64,000 nucleotides of DNA from a virus (taxonomy: Duplodnaviria > Caudoviricetes), in the IMG/VR virus record IMGVR_UViG_3300046528_000120, positions 39,100 to 103,099 of that record; one strand, given 5' to 3'. The notes beneath the pieces are model-generated. The model saw nothing but the letters and a program-made list of their open reading frames with translations. It made no database searches and was not told the DNA's origin. Below are positions 18,696 through 28,491 of this stretch, one piece after another (the first letter of the stretch is position 1; every line of letters starts with the position of its first letter). Made by a program: the position numbers and the translations under genes.

Positions 18696-19490
18696 ATGCG
18701 TGAAGTAATCAATGAATACTACTCGGGCCAGGGCCGCATCCTGATTGGCAAGCGTGACAACGCCACCGGCCGGGCTTACGGCTTCCGCCATGTCGGCAAC
18801 TGCTCGGCCCTCTCGGTCGACATCGCCGTGGAGAAGTTCGCCCACAAGGAATCGACCTCGGGCCTGCGCGCCCAAGACCTGTCGGTGGTCAAGTCGCAGA
18901 CCGCGACCATGAAGACCACCTGCGAGTCGCTGTCGAACGAAAACCTGGCCCTGGGCCTGTACGGCAAGTCGACCAAGGTGGCTGGCGCCGCTGTCGTCGA
19001 CGAGTTCCACCCGTTCGATACCGTCGATGCCGGCGTCATCGCGCTGGACTTCCCGAACGTGTCGCTGGTCACGGTGAAGACCGGCGCCGACAAGGCCACC
19101 GCCACCGCCGTCGCCAACGTGCAGAACGCGGCGTACGAGGTGGACCCGACCTTCGGCACCATCTACGTCAAGGACAAGACCAAGTTCACTGGCGCCAACG
19201 TCTATGTGTCGTACACCTACGGCGCGTCGACCAAGCTGGACGTGTTCACCAACCCGGTGCCGGCTGAAGTGGCGGTGCGCTTCGAGGGCCTGAACACCAT
19301 CAACGGTGAAGCCGTCCTGATCACCATCCCGCGCGTCACCTTCGACCCGCTGACCGGCCTGCAATTCATCAACGACGAGCTGTCGAACGCCGAGTTCACC
19401 GGCAACGTGCTGCTCGACCCGAAGATCGACGCCAGCACCGGCTCGCAGTTCATGTCGAAGTTCACCATCCCGGCCTCGGCCGTGGTGTAA
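18696..19490 (+). CDS. Major tail tube protein
   Basis: YYSGQG.I.IG.R...GN...H.ES.SG...ENLAL.LYG...RFEGLNT; AAGGAG RBS. Confidence 0.85.
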   Translation: MREVINEYYSGQGRILIGKRDNATGRAYGFRHVGNCSALSVDIAVEKFAHKESTSGLRAQDLSVVKSQTATMKTTCESLSNENLALGLYGKSTKVAGAAVVDEFHPFDTVDAGVIALDFPNVSLVTVKTGADKATATAVANVQNAAYEVDPTFGTIYVKDKTKFTGANVYVSYTYGASTKLDVFTNPVPAEVAVRFEGLNTINGEAVLITIPRVTFDPLTGLQFINDELSNAEFTGNVLLDPKIDASTGSQFMSKFTIPASAVV

Positions 19491-19513
19491 GCCGTCCACC
19501 CGGACATCCCTGC

Positions 19514-19539
19514 AAAGCCCGCTTCGGCGGGCTTTTTTT
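19514..19539 (+). terminator. Rho-independent terminator
   Basis: AAAGCCCGC-TTCG-GCGGGC-T7. Confidence 0.9.
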
Positions 19540-19563
19540 ATTGCAATTGATTTCAATAAGGTA

Positions 19564-19593
19564 TTGCTTCCCGGAATTAAGCTGGTGTAGAGT
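19564..19593 (+). promoter_or_regulatory. Putative promoter
   Basis: TTGCTT-18 bp-TAGAGT, 7 bp after a motif copy. Confidence 0.35.
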
Positions 19594-19600
19594 ACGTTCC

Positions 19601-19698
19601 GTGGCGCCGAACACCGGCAACAGCAGCGCAGATGGTCATACCCTAACTCGCCTCGTGCACCCTGGGACCGGATGCTGCTACGCAAGGATCGGCGCCAC
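19601..19698 (+). ncRNA. Candidate structured RNA / leader
   Basis: Nested stems GTGGCGCCGA/TCGGCGCCAC, AGCAGCG/TGCTGCT and TGGTC/GACCG. Confidence 0.35.
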
Positions 19699-19734
19699 AC
19701 CCTTATCTGGCGTAGGCACAACTTCGAGAACATC

Positions 19735-20286
19735 ATGGACCAACCAAACAACATCATTGCTTCGATTGACGCCCTGTTCGGCGGAAGCTCCAGTAGCTTC
19801 ACCCTGCGCAGTGGCGCCAACGTCGAATTCCAGAAGGTGAACCTGCCGCGCATCGCGGTCGTGACCACCATGCTCGACAAGCTGGCGACGACGCCGCTGG
19901 CCGACAAGTTCCGCGCATTCTTGCAATCAATTGCAAAGGAACAGGGTGCACTGCTGGCCGGCGGCCAGTCGCCCGATGCAATTGATTTCAACAAGGGCGT
20001 GGCCCTGGAGAAGGCCTTCGCGAATCACTCGCTGCTACTCCAGGTGTTCAGCACCGTCGCCGAGACCATCCCCGAATTCGTCGCTGCCCTGTCGACCATC
20101 GGCGTGAAGGACTACGAAGCGCTGGAGCTGGATGAACAACTGATACTGGCCGCTGGCGTCGTCGCGGTGAACTACGCTTTTTTTACCCAGAGCTTGCCCC
20201 CCATTATCGCGACCGTGATGAAAAACGTCGGCGCCAAGAAACAGGCAAGCCTGGGAAGCACGGCAAAGAATCAAAGCAAAACCTAG
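19735..20286 (+). CDS. Tail assembly chaperone (gpG-like)
   Basis: Lies between the tube and tape measure genes; contains slippery T-TTT-TTT at 20178-20184. Confidence 0.75.
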   Translation: MDQPNNIIASIDALFGGSSSSFTLRSGANVEFQKVNLPRIAVVTTMLDKLATTPLADKFRAFLQSIAKEQGALLAGGQSPDAIDFNKGVALEKAFANHSLLLQVFSTVAETIPEFVAALSTIGVKDYEALELDEQLILAAGVVAVNYAFFTQSLPPIIATVMKNVGAKKQASLGSTAKNQSKT

Positions 20287-20525
20287 CGCAGTGGATCGAG
20301 GATAGCGTCCAGAAGCTGCTGCAACATGGGCACCGACTGAGCGCGATCCGCGACTACAACCTGGACCAGCTTTTGATTTTTCTTGATGCCGTAGAGAGGC
20401 AGGAAGCGGTATCAAGAATGTGCTTCGTTACTGACATGGGCGTGGTAGTTGGCTCTGTGTTCAGTAAAGAGAATCCCCTTGGTGCCCATCTCGACTCTCT
20501 GCGGAAAACTGCAAATGGAGAGTAA
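20178..20525 (+). CDS. -1 frameshift extension of the tail chaperone (gpGT-like)
   Basis: The -1 frame is open from the T7 run to TAA 20523-20525 and encodes ...LLQHGHRLSAIRDYNLDQLLIFLDAV..., with no start codon or RBS of its own. Confidence 0.7.
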   Translation, partial: FFYPELAPHYRDRDEKRRRQETGKPGKHGKESKQNLAQWIEDSVQKLLQHGHRLSAIRDYNLDQLLIFLDAVERQEAVSRMCFVTDMGVVVGSVFSKENPLGAHLDSLRKTANGE

Positions 20526-20528
20526 CCT

Positions 20529-23500
20529 GTGGCGGATTCCACTCTTGGCGTAAATGTAATCGGGCGTGACGATCTCACGCCCCTCCTGAACAACCTCGAA
20601 TCCCGCATCATTCGCTTTGTGGGATTCGTTTCTTCCGCAATCGCCGGGGTCAAGGTCGCGGCCTTCCCGGTCTCCGCTACGGCCGACTTCCAGCGCGAGC
20701 TGGCGAACGTCCAGAAAACCACCAACTTCCTCGACGACCAGATGCGCGGCCTCGCCGGCAGTCTGAAAGAGCTGTCGTTGCGCATGAACGTGTCGGTGGT
20801 CGACCTCACCAAGATCGCTGCCGCTGCCGGCCAACAGGGTCTGGGTGGCGCTGGCGTGGCGGGCGTCGTCAAGTTCACCGAGTCCGTCGCCCGTATGGCC
20901 TCGGTCCTGGACATCAGCGCCGAAGACGCCGGCACCAACATCGGCAAGCTGCTGAACATCTTCCACCTCAGCGTGAACGAGACCGAGAAGATTTCGTCGG
21001 CCTTCAACGAGGTCTCCAACAACTCGACCGCGAGCGGTGCGCAACTGCTGGACATCGTGCGCCGCATCGGCGACGCCGCAGGTACGATCAACCTCCAGAA
21101 ATCGCTGGGCCTCGCTGCTACCGGTATCGACCTCGGCCTGTCGCCTGAAGTGGTCGGCACCTCGTTCCAGTCGATCTTCATCCAGATGCGCTCGAAGGCG
21201 TCGCAGTTCTCCAAGCTGCTCGGGGTCGACGTTAAGACCTGGATGGACACGCTGAAGAACGATGGCATCACGGCGCTGACCCAGTACCTGTCGGCGCTGC
21301 GCAAGCTGGATAGTCAGAGCCAAGCCGAGACCATCAACAAGCTGTCGGGCCAGGGCCGTATCGCCGGCCTGATGAACAAGCTGATACAGGATACGACCAA
21401 CTCGGTCCTGAACAAGAACCTGGGCAACGCCGATGCCGGCTTCGGCTCAGGCACCTCGGCACTGAAGGAGCAGCAGCGCGTGCTGGGCACCTTCAACGAG
21501 CAGGCCAAGATTCTGAAGAACTCCATCTTCACCCTGGCCACCGAGACCGGCGATCAACTGGTGCCGCAGCTCACCGCCTACACCGCGAAGCTCTCCGAAG
21601 CCCTGCAAGCGCCGGGCCTGAAGTCGTTCATGCAGGCCATCGGCCAGTCCTTCCTCGACCTTGTGAAATCAATTGCAAGCGTCACGAGCTGGGTAGCGGG
21701 ACTGAACATCAACTGGGAAAACTTCATCGGCACCGCCAAGGTTCTCGTGAGCCTGCGTCTGGTCGAGATGTTCGGCGGCCTCGCCACGCGCCTGCCCGGC
21801 GTCTCCGCGTTATTCGCCACCATGGCGACCTCGGCCAATGCCGCCGCTGGCGCGATGGGTCAAGCCGCTACCGCCCAGGTCAACGGTCTGACCCGCATGA
21901 CCACGGCCGTGCGCGAGTACGCCGCTGCTCGCGCCCAGCAAGCTGCCGCTGACGATGCCGCCGCGCGTGCACAACGGGTCGCGCAGTCGCGGGAAGCCGA
22001 CTATTTGCGACAAGCCCGCGTGGATGTCGCTGCCAACCGCCTCGCCCAAACGGCCGGGGCCAACACCGCCGCCGCTGCCACAAATAACGCGAATGTCCGC
22101 GCCCAGGCCGCCGCCGCTGAAGCCAACGTGGTCAACACCCTGGCCCAGCGCCGCGCCCAGGCCGAAGCAGCCAGCCAAGCGCAGATCACGCAGATTCAGG
22201 CGAACTACCGTGGCCAGCGCCGGGTAGCACAGATCGCCGCGCGCGACGCTGAGATCGCCCAGGAAGAAGCCGCGCTGCGCCGCCGCCTCGCCGGCTACGA
22301 TGGCTACTACAACCGGCTCCTGGCCCAGACCCAGGCCAGCAACTTGCAATTGATTGCAGCGGCCGAAGCGAACGAACTGCGCCTGACCCAGGTTCAGCAG
22401 ACCGCAGAGCAACAGCGCCTCGCCTCCGCGCGCGGGGCCAGTGTGCGCCGCATCCAGATGGAAGAGTCGGATGGTGCCGTTCGCGCCGCTCAGGCCCGCG
22501 CACGCGCCGCCGCAGCCGCTACGGAAGAGGCACGCGCCCGCGTGTTCAACCTCGGGGCCGTCCTCGGTGCGGTTGCCGCTGGTCTCGGCCGCCTGCTCAG
22601 CCTCGCGTCGGGCGTAGTCCTGTGGGGCACCCTGATCTACACCGCCCTGGATGCGCTCGGCATCGTCGACAAGCTCGGCCCGATGTTCCAGAACTTCACC
22701 GACAAGCTGGGCCTGACCTCGGCCAAGTCTCGAGAAGCCGCTGAGAAGACCAAGCTGCTCAACGAAGAGCTGGAGAAGCAGAAGAATCACGTTGCCGCCC
22801 TCGCCGCAGAATATGACAAGCTGAAGGACAAGCAGACCGGTGGCCTGTCGACGGCCGGCGTCAAGGCACTCCAGGGCAACCTGACCAGCCAGAACTTCGA
22901 GCAACGCCAGCGCGCCGTGGGTGACCTCGGTGGCGCCCTGGTCGCGTCCGACAACGAAGTGGCGACGGCGAAGAAGCCGATCCCCTCGGCGCAGTTCACC
23001 AAGCTGAAGAAAGACCTGGACGAGGCCACCGCCTCCTACAAGAAGCTGAACGACGCCTTCCGCGATAATCAGACCATCGAAGGCAAGCGCGTCTACAGCG
23101 GCGAGGTGCGCGCGGCTAAGGACAAGGTAGACGAGCTGACCAAGGCCTACGCCCAGGCCCAGCAGACCGCCGAGAACTTCAGCAAGACGACTGCCGCCAG
23201 CGGTGCCGTGGTCGCGGAGCAGGCCGCCCAGCGTCAGAAGGAACTCGCCGAACAAGTTGCCGGCCTGTTCACTGACAAGTCGGCTGACCTCTTCCAGCAA
23301 TTCGTGGTGCCGATCAGCAACGCGCAGAAGGCAGTCGACGTGCTGAACAAGTCGCGCTCCGATCTGATGCAGAAGCAGATCACGCTGACCGACCCGGCTG
23401 ACATCAAGAAGTCAAACGCAACCCTCGATCAGCTCAACCTGGACATCGCGGCGGCGCAGAAGAACCTGACCGACCTCCAGAACAAGTTTAAAGAGACTCA

Positions 23501-25745
23501 GGCTACTCTGCTCGGCGATAAGAACCTGCCGCAAGCCGATACCAATGCAATCTTTGGACTGAATTCATTCAGCGGCCAGACCAACGAGTTTATCACTGCA
23601 TTCCAGAAGACCCTGGCGCAGCAGCGCGCGGCCGGCGCCAAGCTGACCGGCTCCCTCAACGCCAAGGTGGACGACACCAAGCCGGACGGTGACGGCAAGT
23701 TCGAGACCAACACCGAGAGCGAAGCGCGCAAGATGGCGAAGGTCCAGTACGAGCTGGCCAAAGCCAAGAACGACGCCCTGGCACAACTGGAGCGTGAGAA
23801 GAACGACCAGATTCAGCGCATCAACCAGGAGGCGTACGACCGTGGCATGCTCGACATGCGCACCTTCTACGAAGAGCGCAAGCGCTTGCAACTGAAGAGC
23901 AACGCCGACGAGATCAAGGCGCTGCAAGCCGATGCCGGCGAAGCCCGCCGCCAGCGCGACGCCCGCAAAGCCGATGGTGCCAAGCCCTCGGAACTGGCCG
24001 GCTTCGACGTGAACATCGCCCGCCTGAATGGTCAGATCGCCGTCCTGAAAGAAAAGCAGAAGGGTATCCGCGCCGACGCGGAGCGTGACCTGAGCAACGC
24101 CCAGAAAGCATTCGAGGCGTCGATCAGCAGCGCCCAGCTCAACCTCGCAAGCACCCTGGGCGTGGAGAACTTCGACGAATTCTTCGGCCAGACCCTGGAA
24201 GCGGCGCACCAGCAGAACGCGGACTTCTGGGCCAAGATCGTGCAGGAGGGCGGCGAAGGTAGCAGTGAGCTGGTCAACAAGCTGCAACAGGCTGCTAAGC
24301 TGGAAGCCCTGGCCAAGGTGTTCGACAAGATCGGCGAGTCGATCCAGCGCTCCTACTCGTCGCTCGATCTGTGGATTGGCCGCCTGGGAACCCTGCAAGA
24401 GCGTGGCGAGATCACCACGGCTCAGTACGAGAAGCAGGCCCAGCGCTACCGTGCAAAAGCTGCTGAGATGATCGCGTCTGACATCGCGGTACAGCAAGCC
24501 CAGCTCCAGGCCCTGACCGATGCCGGCGATCAGCAGACGCAGAAGTACAAAGACCTCAACCTGCAACTTGACCAGAACAAGCTGCGGCTGGAGCAGTTGC
24601 GCGCCCAGGGCAACCAAGTAGCGCGCGAGATCAACCAGAGCATCCAGCAGGGCATCCAGGCCGCGCTGAATTCGCTCCTGGACGGCCGGCAGGCACAGCA
24701 GCTCTCCAGCATTCAGCAGCAGGTTCTGGAAGACAATGCCTCCAGCGTGCGCCGCCTGGAAGACAACCTCGCGTTCCTCCAGCGCGCCCGCGATGGCGTC
24801 ATCGGTGGCTACTCTGCGGACAACGCCAACATCGACGCCCAGATCGCTAAGACCAAGGGCCAGATCGAGGATATGCGCAAGCAGTCCGCTGCGATCCGCA
24901 ACGAGACCACCGAATCGTTCCTGGATATGATCCTGCGCACGACGAAGACGCTGGCGATCTCGGTGGCGACCACCATCCGCGACGCGGCCACGAAGAACCT
25001 GTCGGAGATGGCCTTGAAGTCGGTCAGCGGTATGTTCGGTGGCGGCCAGGGTATCGGCGGCATGATCGCCAATGCACTCGGCGGCGGTGGCCAGCTCGGT
25101 AGCAGCGTGATGAATCCGATGTGGATCAAGGATGCAGACGCAGCGGCCGGCGACGCCAAGGACGCCGTGAAGAGCACGCTGGGCGATACCTTCGACGCGG
25201 CCAAGGAAAAGCTGAGCAGCTTGTTCGACGACATCACCGGCAGCATGGGCGACATGCTGGGCAGTCTCAGCGATAACCTGGGCGGCATCCTGGATAGCCT
25301 CGGCAGCTCGCTGAGCGATGTCTTCAGCAGCATCTTCAGCAGCGGTGGCGGCGGGGGTGGCTGGGGCGCAGCGATTGCCAGCTTCTTCCACTCGGGCGGC
25401 GTGGTCGGCTCCACCTATGACATGCGCCCAGTCAATGGCATGTTCGCGCACGCCACGCGCTACCACACTGGCGGCATCGCTGGTCTGGCTCCGAACGAAG
25501 TCCCGGCCATCTTGCAGAAGGGCGAAGAAGTCCTGACCAAGAGCGATCCGCGCCACAAGGATAACGGTGGCACGAGCGACGGCGGCAATATCAACGTCGA
25601 GGTCAACGTCAACATGGAGACCGGTAACGCCACGGTCACGTCGAATGCGCAAGATGCGCGCGAGTTCGGCCGCCGCGTGTCGCTGGCCGTCCAGCAAGAA
25701 ATCATCACCCAAAAACGTCCTGGAGGTTTGTTAAACAATGGCTAA
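20529..25745 (+). CDS. Tape measure protein
   Basis: 1738 aa, Ala-rich and helical; TP901-like N-terminal core; C-terminal FHSGG/YHTGG...EVPAIL..GE.VL. Confidence 0.92.
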   Translation: MADSTLGVNVIGRDDLTPLLNNLESRIIRFVGFVSSAIAGVKVAAFPVSATADFQRELANVQKTTNFLDDQMRGLAGSLKELSLRMNVSVVDLTKIAAAAGQQGLGGAGVAGVVKFTESVARMASVLDISAEDAGTNIGKLLNIFHLSVNETEKISSAFNEVSNNSTASGAQLLDIVRRIGDAAGTINLQKSLGLAATGIDLGLSPEVVGTSFQSIFIQMRSKASQFSKLLGVDVKTWMDTLKNDGITALTQYLSALRKLDSQSQAETINKLSGQGRIAGLMNKLIQDTTNSVLNKNLGNADAGFGSGTSALKEQQRVLGTFNEQAKILKNSIFTLATETGDQLVPQLTAYTAKLSEALQAPGLKSFMQAIGQSFLDLVKSIASVTSWVAGLNINWENFIGTAKVLVSLRLVEMFGGLATRLPGVSALFATMATSANAAAGAMGQAATAQVNGLTRMTTAVREYAAARAQQAAADDAAARAQRVAQSREADYLRQARVDVAANRLAQTAGANTAAAATNNANVRAQAAAAEANVVNTLAQRRAQAEAASQAQITQIQANYRGQRRVAQIAARDAEIAQEEAALRRRLAGYDGYYNRLLAQTQASNLQLIAAAEANELRLTQVQQTAEQQRLASARGASVRRIQMEESDGAVRAAQARARAAAAATEEARARVFNLGAVLGAVAAGLGRLLSLASGVVLWGTLIYTALDALGIVDKLGPMFQNFTDKLGLTSAKSREAAEKTKLLNEELEKQKNHVAALAAEYDKLKDKQTGGLSTAGVKALQGNLTSQNFEQRQRAVGDLGGALVASDNEVATAKKPIPSAQFTKLKKDLDEATASYKKLNDAFRDNQTIEGKRVYSGEVRAAKDKVDELTKAYAQAQQTAENFSKTTAASGAVVAEQAAQRQKELAEQVAGLFTDKSADLFQQFVVPISNAQKAVDVLNKSRSDLMQKQITLTDPADIKKSNATLDQLNLDIAAAQKNLTDLQNKFKETQATLLGDKNLPQADTNAIFGLNSFSGQTNEFITAFQKTLAQQRAAGAKLTGSLNAKVDDTKPDGDGKFETNTESEARKMAKVQYELAKAKNDALAQLEREKNDQIQRINQEAYDRGMLDMRTFYEERKRLQLKSNADEIKALQADAGEARRQRDARKADGAKPSELAGFDVNIARLNGQIAVLKEKQKGIRADAERDLSNAQKAFEASISSAQLNLASTLGVENFDEFFGQTLEAAHQQNADFWAKIVQEGGEGSSELVNKLQQAAKLEALAKVFDKIGESIQRSYSSLDLWIGRLGTLQERGEITTAQYEKQAQRYRAKAAEMIASDIAVQQAQLQALTDAGDQQTQKYKDLNLQLDQNKLRLEQLRAQGNQVAREINQSIQQGIQAALNSLLDGRQAQQLSSIQQQVLEDNASSVRRLEDNLAFLQRARDGVIGGYSADNANIDAQIAKTKGQIEDMRKQSAAIRNETTESFLDMILRTTKTLAISVATTIRDAATKNLSEMALKSVSGMFGGGQGIGGMIANALGGGGQLGSSVMNPMWIKDADAAAGDAKDAVKSTLGDTFDAAKEKLSSLFDDITGSMGDMLGSLSDNLGGILDSLGSSLSDVFSSIFSSGGGGGGWGAAIASFFHSGGVVGSTYDMRPVNGMFAHATRYHTGGIAGLAPNEVPAILQKGEEVLTKSDPRHKDNGGTSDGGNINVEVNVNMETGNATVTSNAQDAREFGRRVSLAVQQEIITQKRPGGLLNNG

Positions 25746-26325
25746 GATCATTTTCCCTGGCATGGTAGTGGCGGGCGCGCCGTTCACCTGGACCATCAAC
25801 GATGCCGCGCTCGGCACCACCTGGAATGCTGCCTACTCGAAGCAGGACGGTACGGCGCTCGGCAGCACGAATGGCGTAGTGGGCGCCAGCGAGTCGCACC
25901 AGACTGAGCAGCAGATCGCGGCCGGGGCCTACTCGGTCCTGGTCACGCTCAGCGACGGCACGGCGGTGCGCTTCCCTTTGCAATCAATTGCAGAGTACAC
26001 GTTCGTGTGGCAACCGGACTTCGAGGCCGCGCGCGCCAAGACCCTGAAGATCAAGGCGGCCCAGTTCGGCGACGGCTACGCCCAGCGCTCGCCGGACGGA
26101 CTCAACGCGAACGTGGATGGCTGGGACTTGAACTTCGCGAATATCACCGATGTCGAGGCCGATCAGATCATGCTGTTCCTCGACGCCATGGGCGGGGTGA
26201 AGAGCTTCAAATGGAAGAACCCGGATGGCGTCCTGCGCCGCTACATCTGCACGGACTACGGCCGGACCTACGGCAAGAACGAAAACAACACGGTGCGCGC
26301 CAAGTTCGTGCAGTCGTTTAACTAA
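25738..26325 (+). CDS. Distal tail protein (lambda gpM-like) with N-terminal extension
   Basis: F.W.PD...QFGDGYAQR..DGLN...FL..MGG..SF.W. Confidence 0.85.
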   Translation: MAKIIFPGMVVAGAPFTWTINDAALGTTWNAAYSKQDGTALGSTNGVVGASESHQTEQQIAAGAYSVLVTLSDGTAVRFPLQSIAEYTFVWQPDFEAARAKTLKIKAAQFGDGYAQRSPDGLNANVDGWDLNFANITDVEADQIMLFLDAMGGVKSFKWKNPDGVLRRYICTDYGRTYGKNENNTVRAKFVQSFN

Positions 26326-26334
26326 GGAGCGACG

Positions 26335-27042
26335 ATGGAATACTTCATGGGCCAGGGCAAGGTGTTCGCAGCGGTGCGCAGCCCGAACGGCATCCTAGGT
26401 GCCTACCGCATGCTGGGCAACGTCAGCACGCTCGACCTCACCCTCGGCGCTGGCGCGGCCCGCTACGCGGAGAAGGGTACGTTCCGCCAGAGCGGTAACA
26501 AGCCGACTTTCAACCTCAACCTGGAATCGCTGTACCCGGAAAACCTCGCGCTCCTGCTGTACGGCACCTCGTCGACGGATGCAGGCAGCGCGCGCACGGC
26601 AGCGGTCAAGGTGGCACGCGGCACCATGGCGCCCCTCCCCGACATCAACCTGGATTCGGTCACTTCGGTAAAGGTCGGCGGCACCACGCACCCGCTCAAC
26701 GCCATCAGCGTCGATCTGGGTACGGGAGCGGTGGAATTGCCCGTAAATAGCCCGATTGCGGACAACAGCACGGTAACGGTGGGGTACGTCTGCAAGGGCT
26801 ACACCAAGGTGGAGGCATACCAGCAAATTGCCCAGGAAATCTCGCTGCGCTATGACGGCATCAACACCATGGACCAGACCCCGGTTGTGCTGGACCTGTT
26901 CCGCACCAAGTTCGATCCTGTGGACGGCCTCAGCTTGCTCGGCGATAATCTTTCCACACTGAAAGTAACGGGGGAAATCATGTTCGACAACCTGCGCGCC
27001 GTCGCTGGGGCCAGCGGATTCCTCCGTATTCGCCAAGTCTAA
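26335..27042 (+). CDS. Second tail-tube-like protein (paralogue of 18696-19490)
   Basis: YFMGQGKV...LGNVS...ESL..ENLAL.LYG...RYDGINT...FDP..GL aligns by eye with the major tail protein. Confidence 0.75.
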   Translation: MEYFMGQGKVFAAVRSPNGILGAYRMLGNVSTLDLTLGAGAARYAEKGTFRQSGNKPTFNLNLESLYPENLALLLYGTSSTDAGSARTAAVKVARGTMAPLPDINLDSVTSVKVGGTTHPLNAISVDLGTGAVELPVNSPIADNSTVTVGYVCKGYTKVEAYQQIAQEISLRYDGINTMDQTPVVLDLFRTKFDPVDGLSLLGDNLSTLKVTGEIMFDNLRAVAGASGFLRIRQV

Positions 27043-27054
27043 CCGGAGGAACTG

Positions 27055-27744
27055 ATGACGATTGCAACTGAAGTACAGCTCCTGGCGCCCACGGCGCTAT
27101 TGGAGTTGTTCGAGCTGGACCTGACCACGCTGGGCGGTGGCATGCGCTACTTCCATGCCGGCGCTAACTCGCTGAATGACGATGTGGTCTGGCAGGGCAA
27201 CACCTACACGCAAATCCCGATCTCGGCCGATGGCTTCGAGACGCGCGCGAACGGCGCCCTGCCGCGTCCGACCCTGCGCATCTCGAACATCGACGGTGCA
27301 ATCGCCGCAGAGGCACGCGAGTTCGGCTACTTCCTCGGAGCCAAGCTGACGCGCCACCGCACCTTCGCCCGCTTCCTGGACGCCGTCAACTTCCCCGGAG
27401 GTAACCCGGAGGCAGACCCGACCCAGGCATTGCTGGATGAAGTCTGGTACGTCGACCGTAAATCTACCGAGAACCCGACTGTGATCGAGTTCGAGCTGGC
27501 ATCGGCCCTGGACATGATCGGGGTCATGCTGCCGCGCCGGCAGATCATCCAGAACACCTGCACCTGGGGCTACCGCGACGGCAACTGCAACTATCTCGGC
27601 GGCCCGGTAGCGGATGCGCAGAACCAGCCTACCACTGACCCGGCCAAGGACCGCTGCTCGAAGACCCTGAGCGGATGCAAGCTGCGCTTCGGCGACGGCC
27701 GTATCCCGTTCGGCGGCTTCCCCGGCGTCGGCCTCGTCCGCTAA
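27055..27744 (+). CDS. Minor tail protein L (lambda gpL-like)
   Basis: LFELDLT..GG...F.AG...W.G..Y...GA...R.RT..RFLD..NF...C.W.YR...C...C.K..SGC..RFG...FGGFP. Confidence 0.92.
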   Translation: MTIATEVQLLAPTALLELFELDLTTLGGGMRYFHAGANSLNDDVVWQGNTYTQIPISADGFETRANGALPRPTLRISNIDGAIAAEAREFGYFLGAKLTRHRTFARFLDAVNFPGGNPEADPTQALLDEVWYVDRKSTENPTVIEFELASALDMIGVMLPRRQIIQNTCTWGYRDGNCNYLGGPVADAQNQPTTDPAKDRCSKTLSGCKLRFGDGRIPFGGFPGVGLVR

Positions 27745-27756
27745 CAGGAGAACATA

Positions 27757-28491
27757 TTGAAATCAATTGCAACGCCTGAAGACATCCCGGTCGAGCTGAT
27801 CGAGACCATCCGCGCGCACGCCGCCCAGGCCGCGCCGAACGAATGCTGCGGCCTCGTGGTACGCGCAGAAGTCGGCTTGTGCTACCTCCCCTGCACCAAC
27901 CATTCGCGCAACGGCAAGGACACCTTCGTGATCGGGCCGGAGGACTATGCGCGCGCGGAAGACCTCGGCGAGGTGGTCCTGGTCGTGCACAGCCACCCGT
28001 TCGCATCACCGGCACCGTCAGAAGTCGACCGCCTCGTCTGCGCCCAGGGCGACACCCCCTGGCTGATCGTCAATCACCCGGTCGGCCACTTCCACCTGAT
28101 GCAACCGGAGCCGTACGAACTACCACTACTTGGACGCCCATTCCACCATGGCGTCACCGACTGCTACGCCCTGGTGCGTGACTACTATAGGCGCGAATGC
28201 TTGATTGCGCTCCCGCACTATGATCGCGCGGACCAATGGTGGATGCGTGGCGACAATCTGTACATTGATAACTTCCAGCAGGCCGGCTTCGTCCGGGTCG
28301 ACGATGCCCCGCGTCGGCACGACGCCTTCCTGATGCAGGTCCGTGCCCCGGTGCCGAACCACGCCGCTATCTACCTCGGTGACGAAATCATCCTACACCA
28401 CCTGTGGGGGCGGCTGTCCTCGCGCGAGGTCTACGGCGACTTCTGGCGCCGCCTGACCATGGTCCACCTCCGTCATGAAAGCCTCCTGTAA
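27757..28491 (+). CDS. Tail tip protein K (JAB/MPN + NlpC/P60)
   Basis: ECCG...VHSHP...PS..D, then G..DCY.L.RD..NHAAIY; TTG start after AGGAG. Confidence 0.92.
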   Translation: MKSIATPEDIPVELIETIRAHAAQAAPNECCGLVVRAEVGLCYLPCTNHSRNGKDTFVIGPEDYARAEDLGEVVLVVHSHPFASPAPSEVDRLVCAQGDTPWLIVNHPVGHFHLMQPEPYELPLLGRPFHHGVTDCYALVRDYYRRECLIALPHYDRADQWWMRGDNLYIDNFQQAGFVRVDDAPRRHDAFLMQVRAPVPNHAAIYLGDEIILHHLWGRLSSREVYGDFWRRLTMVHLRHESLL

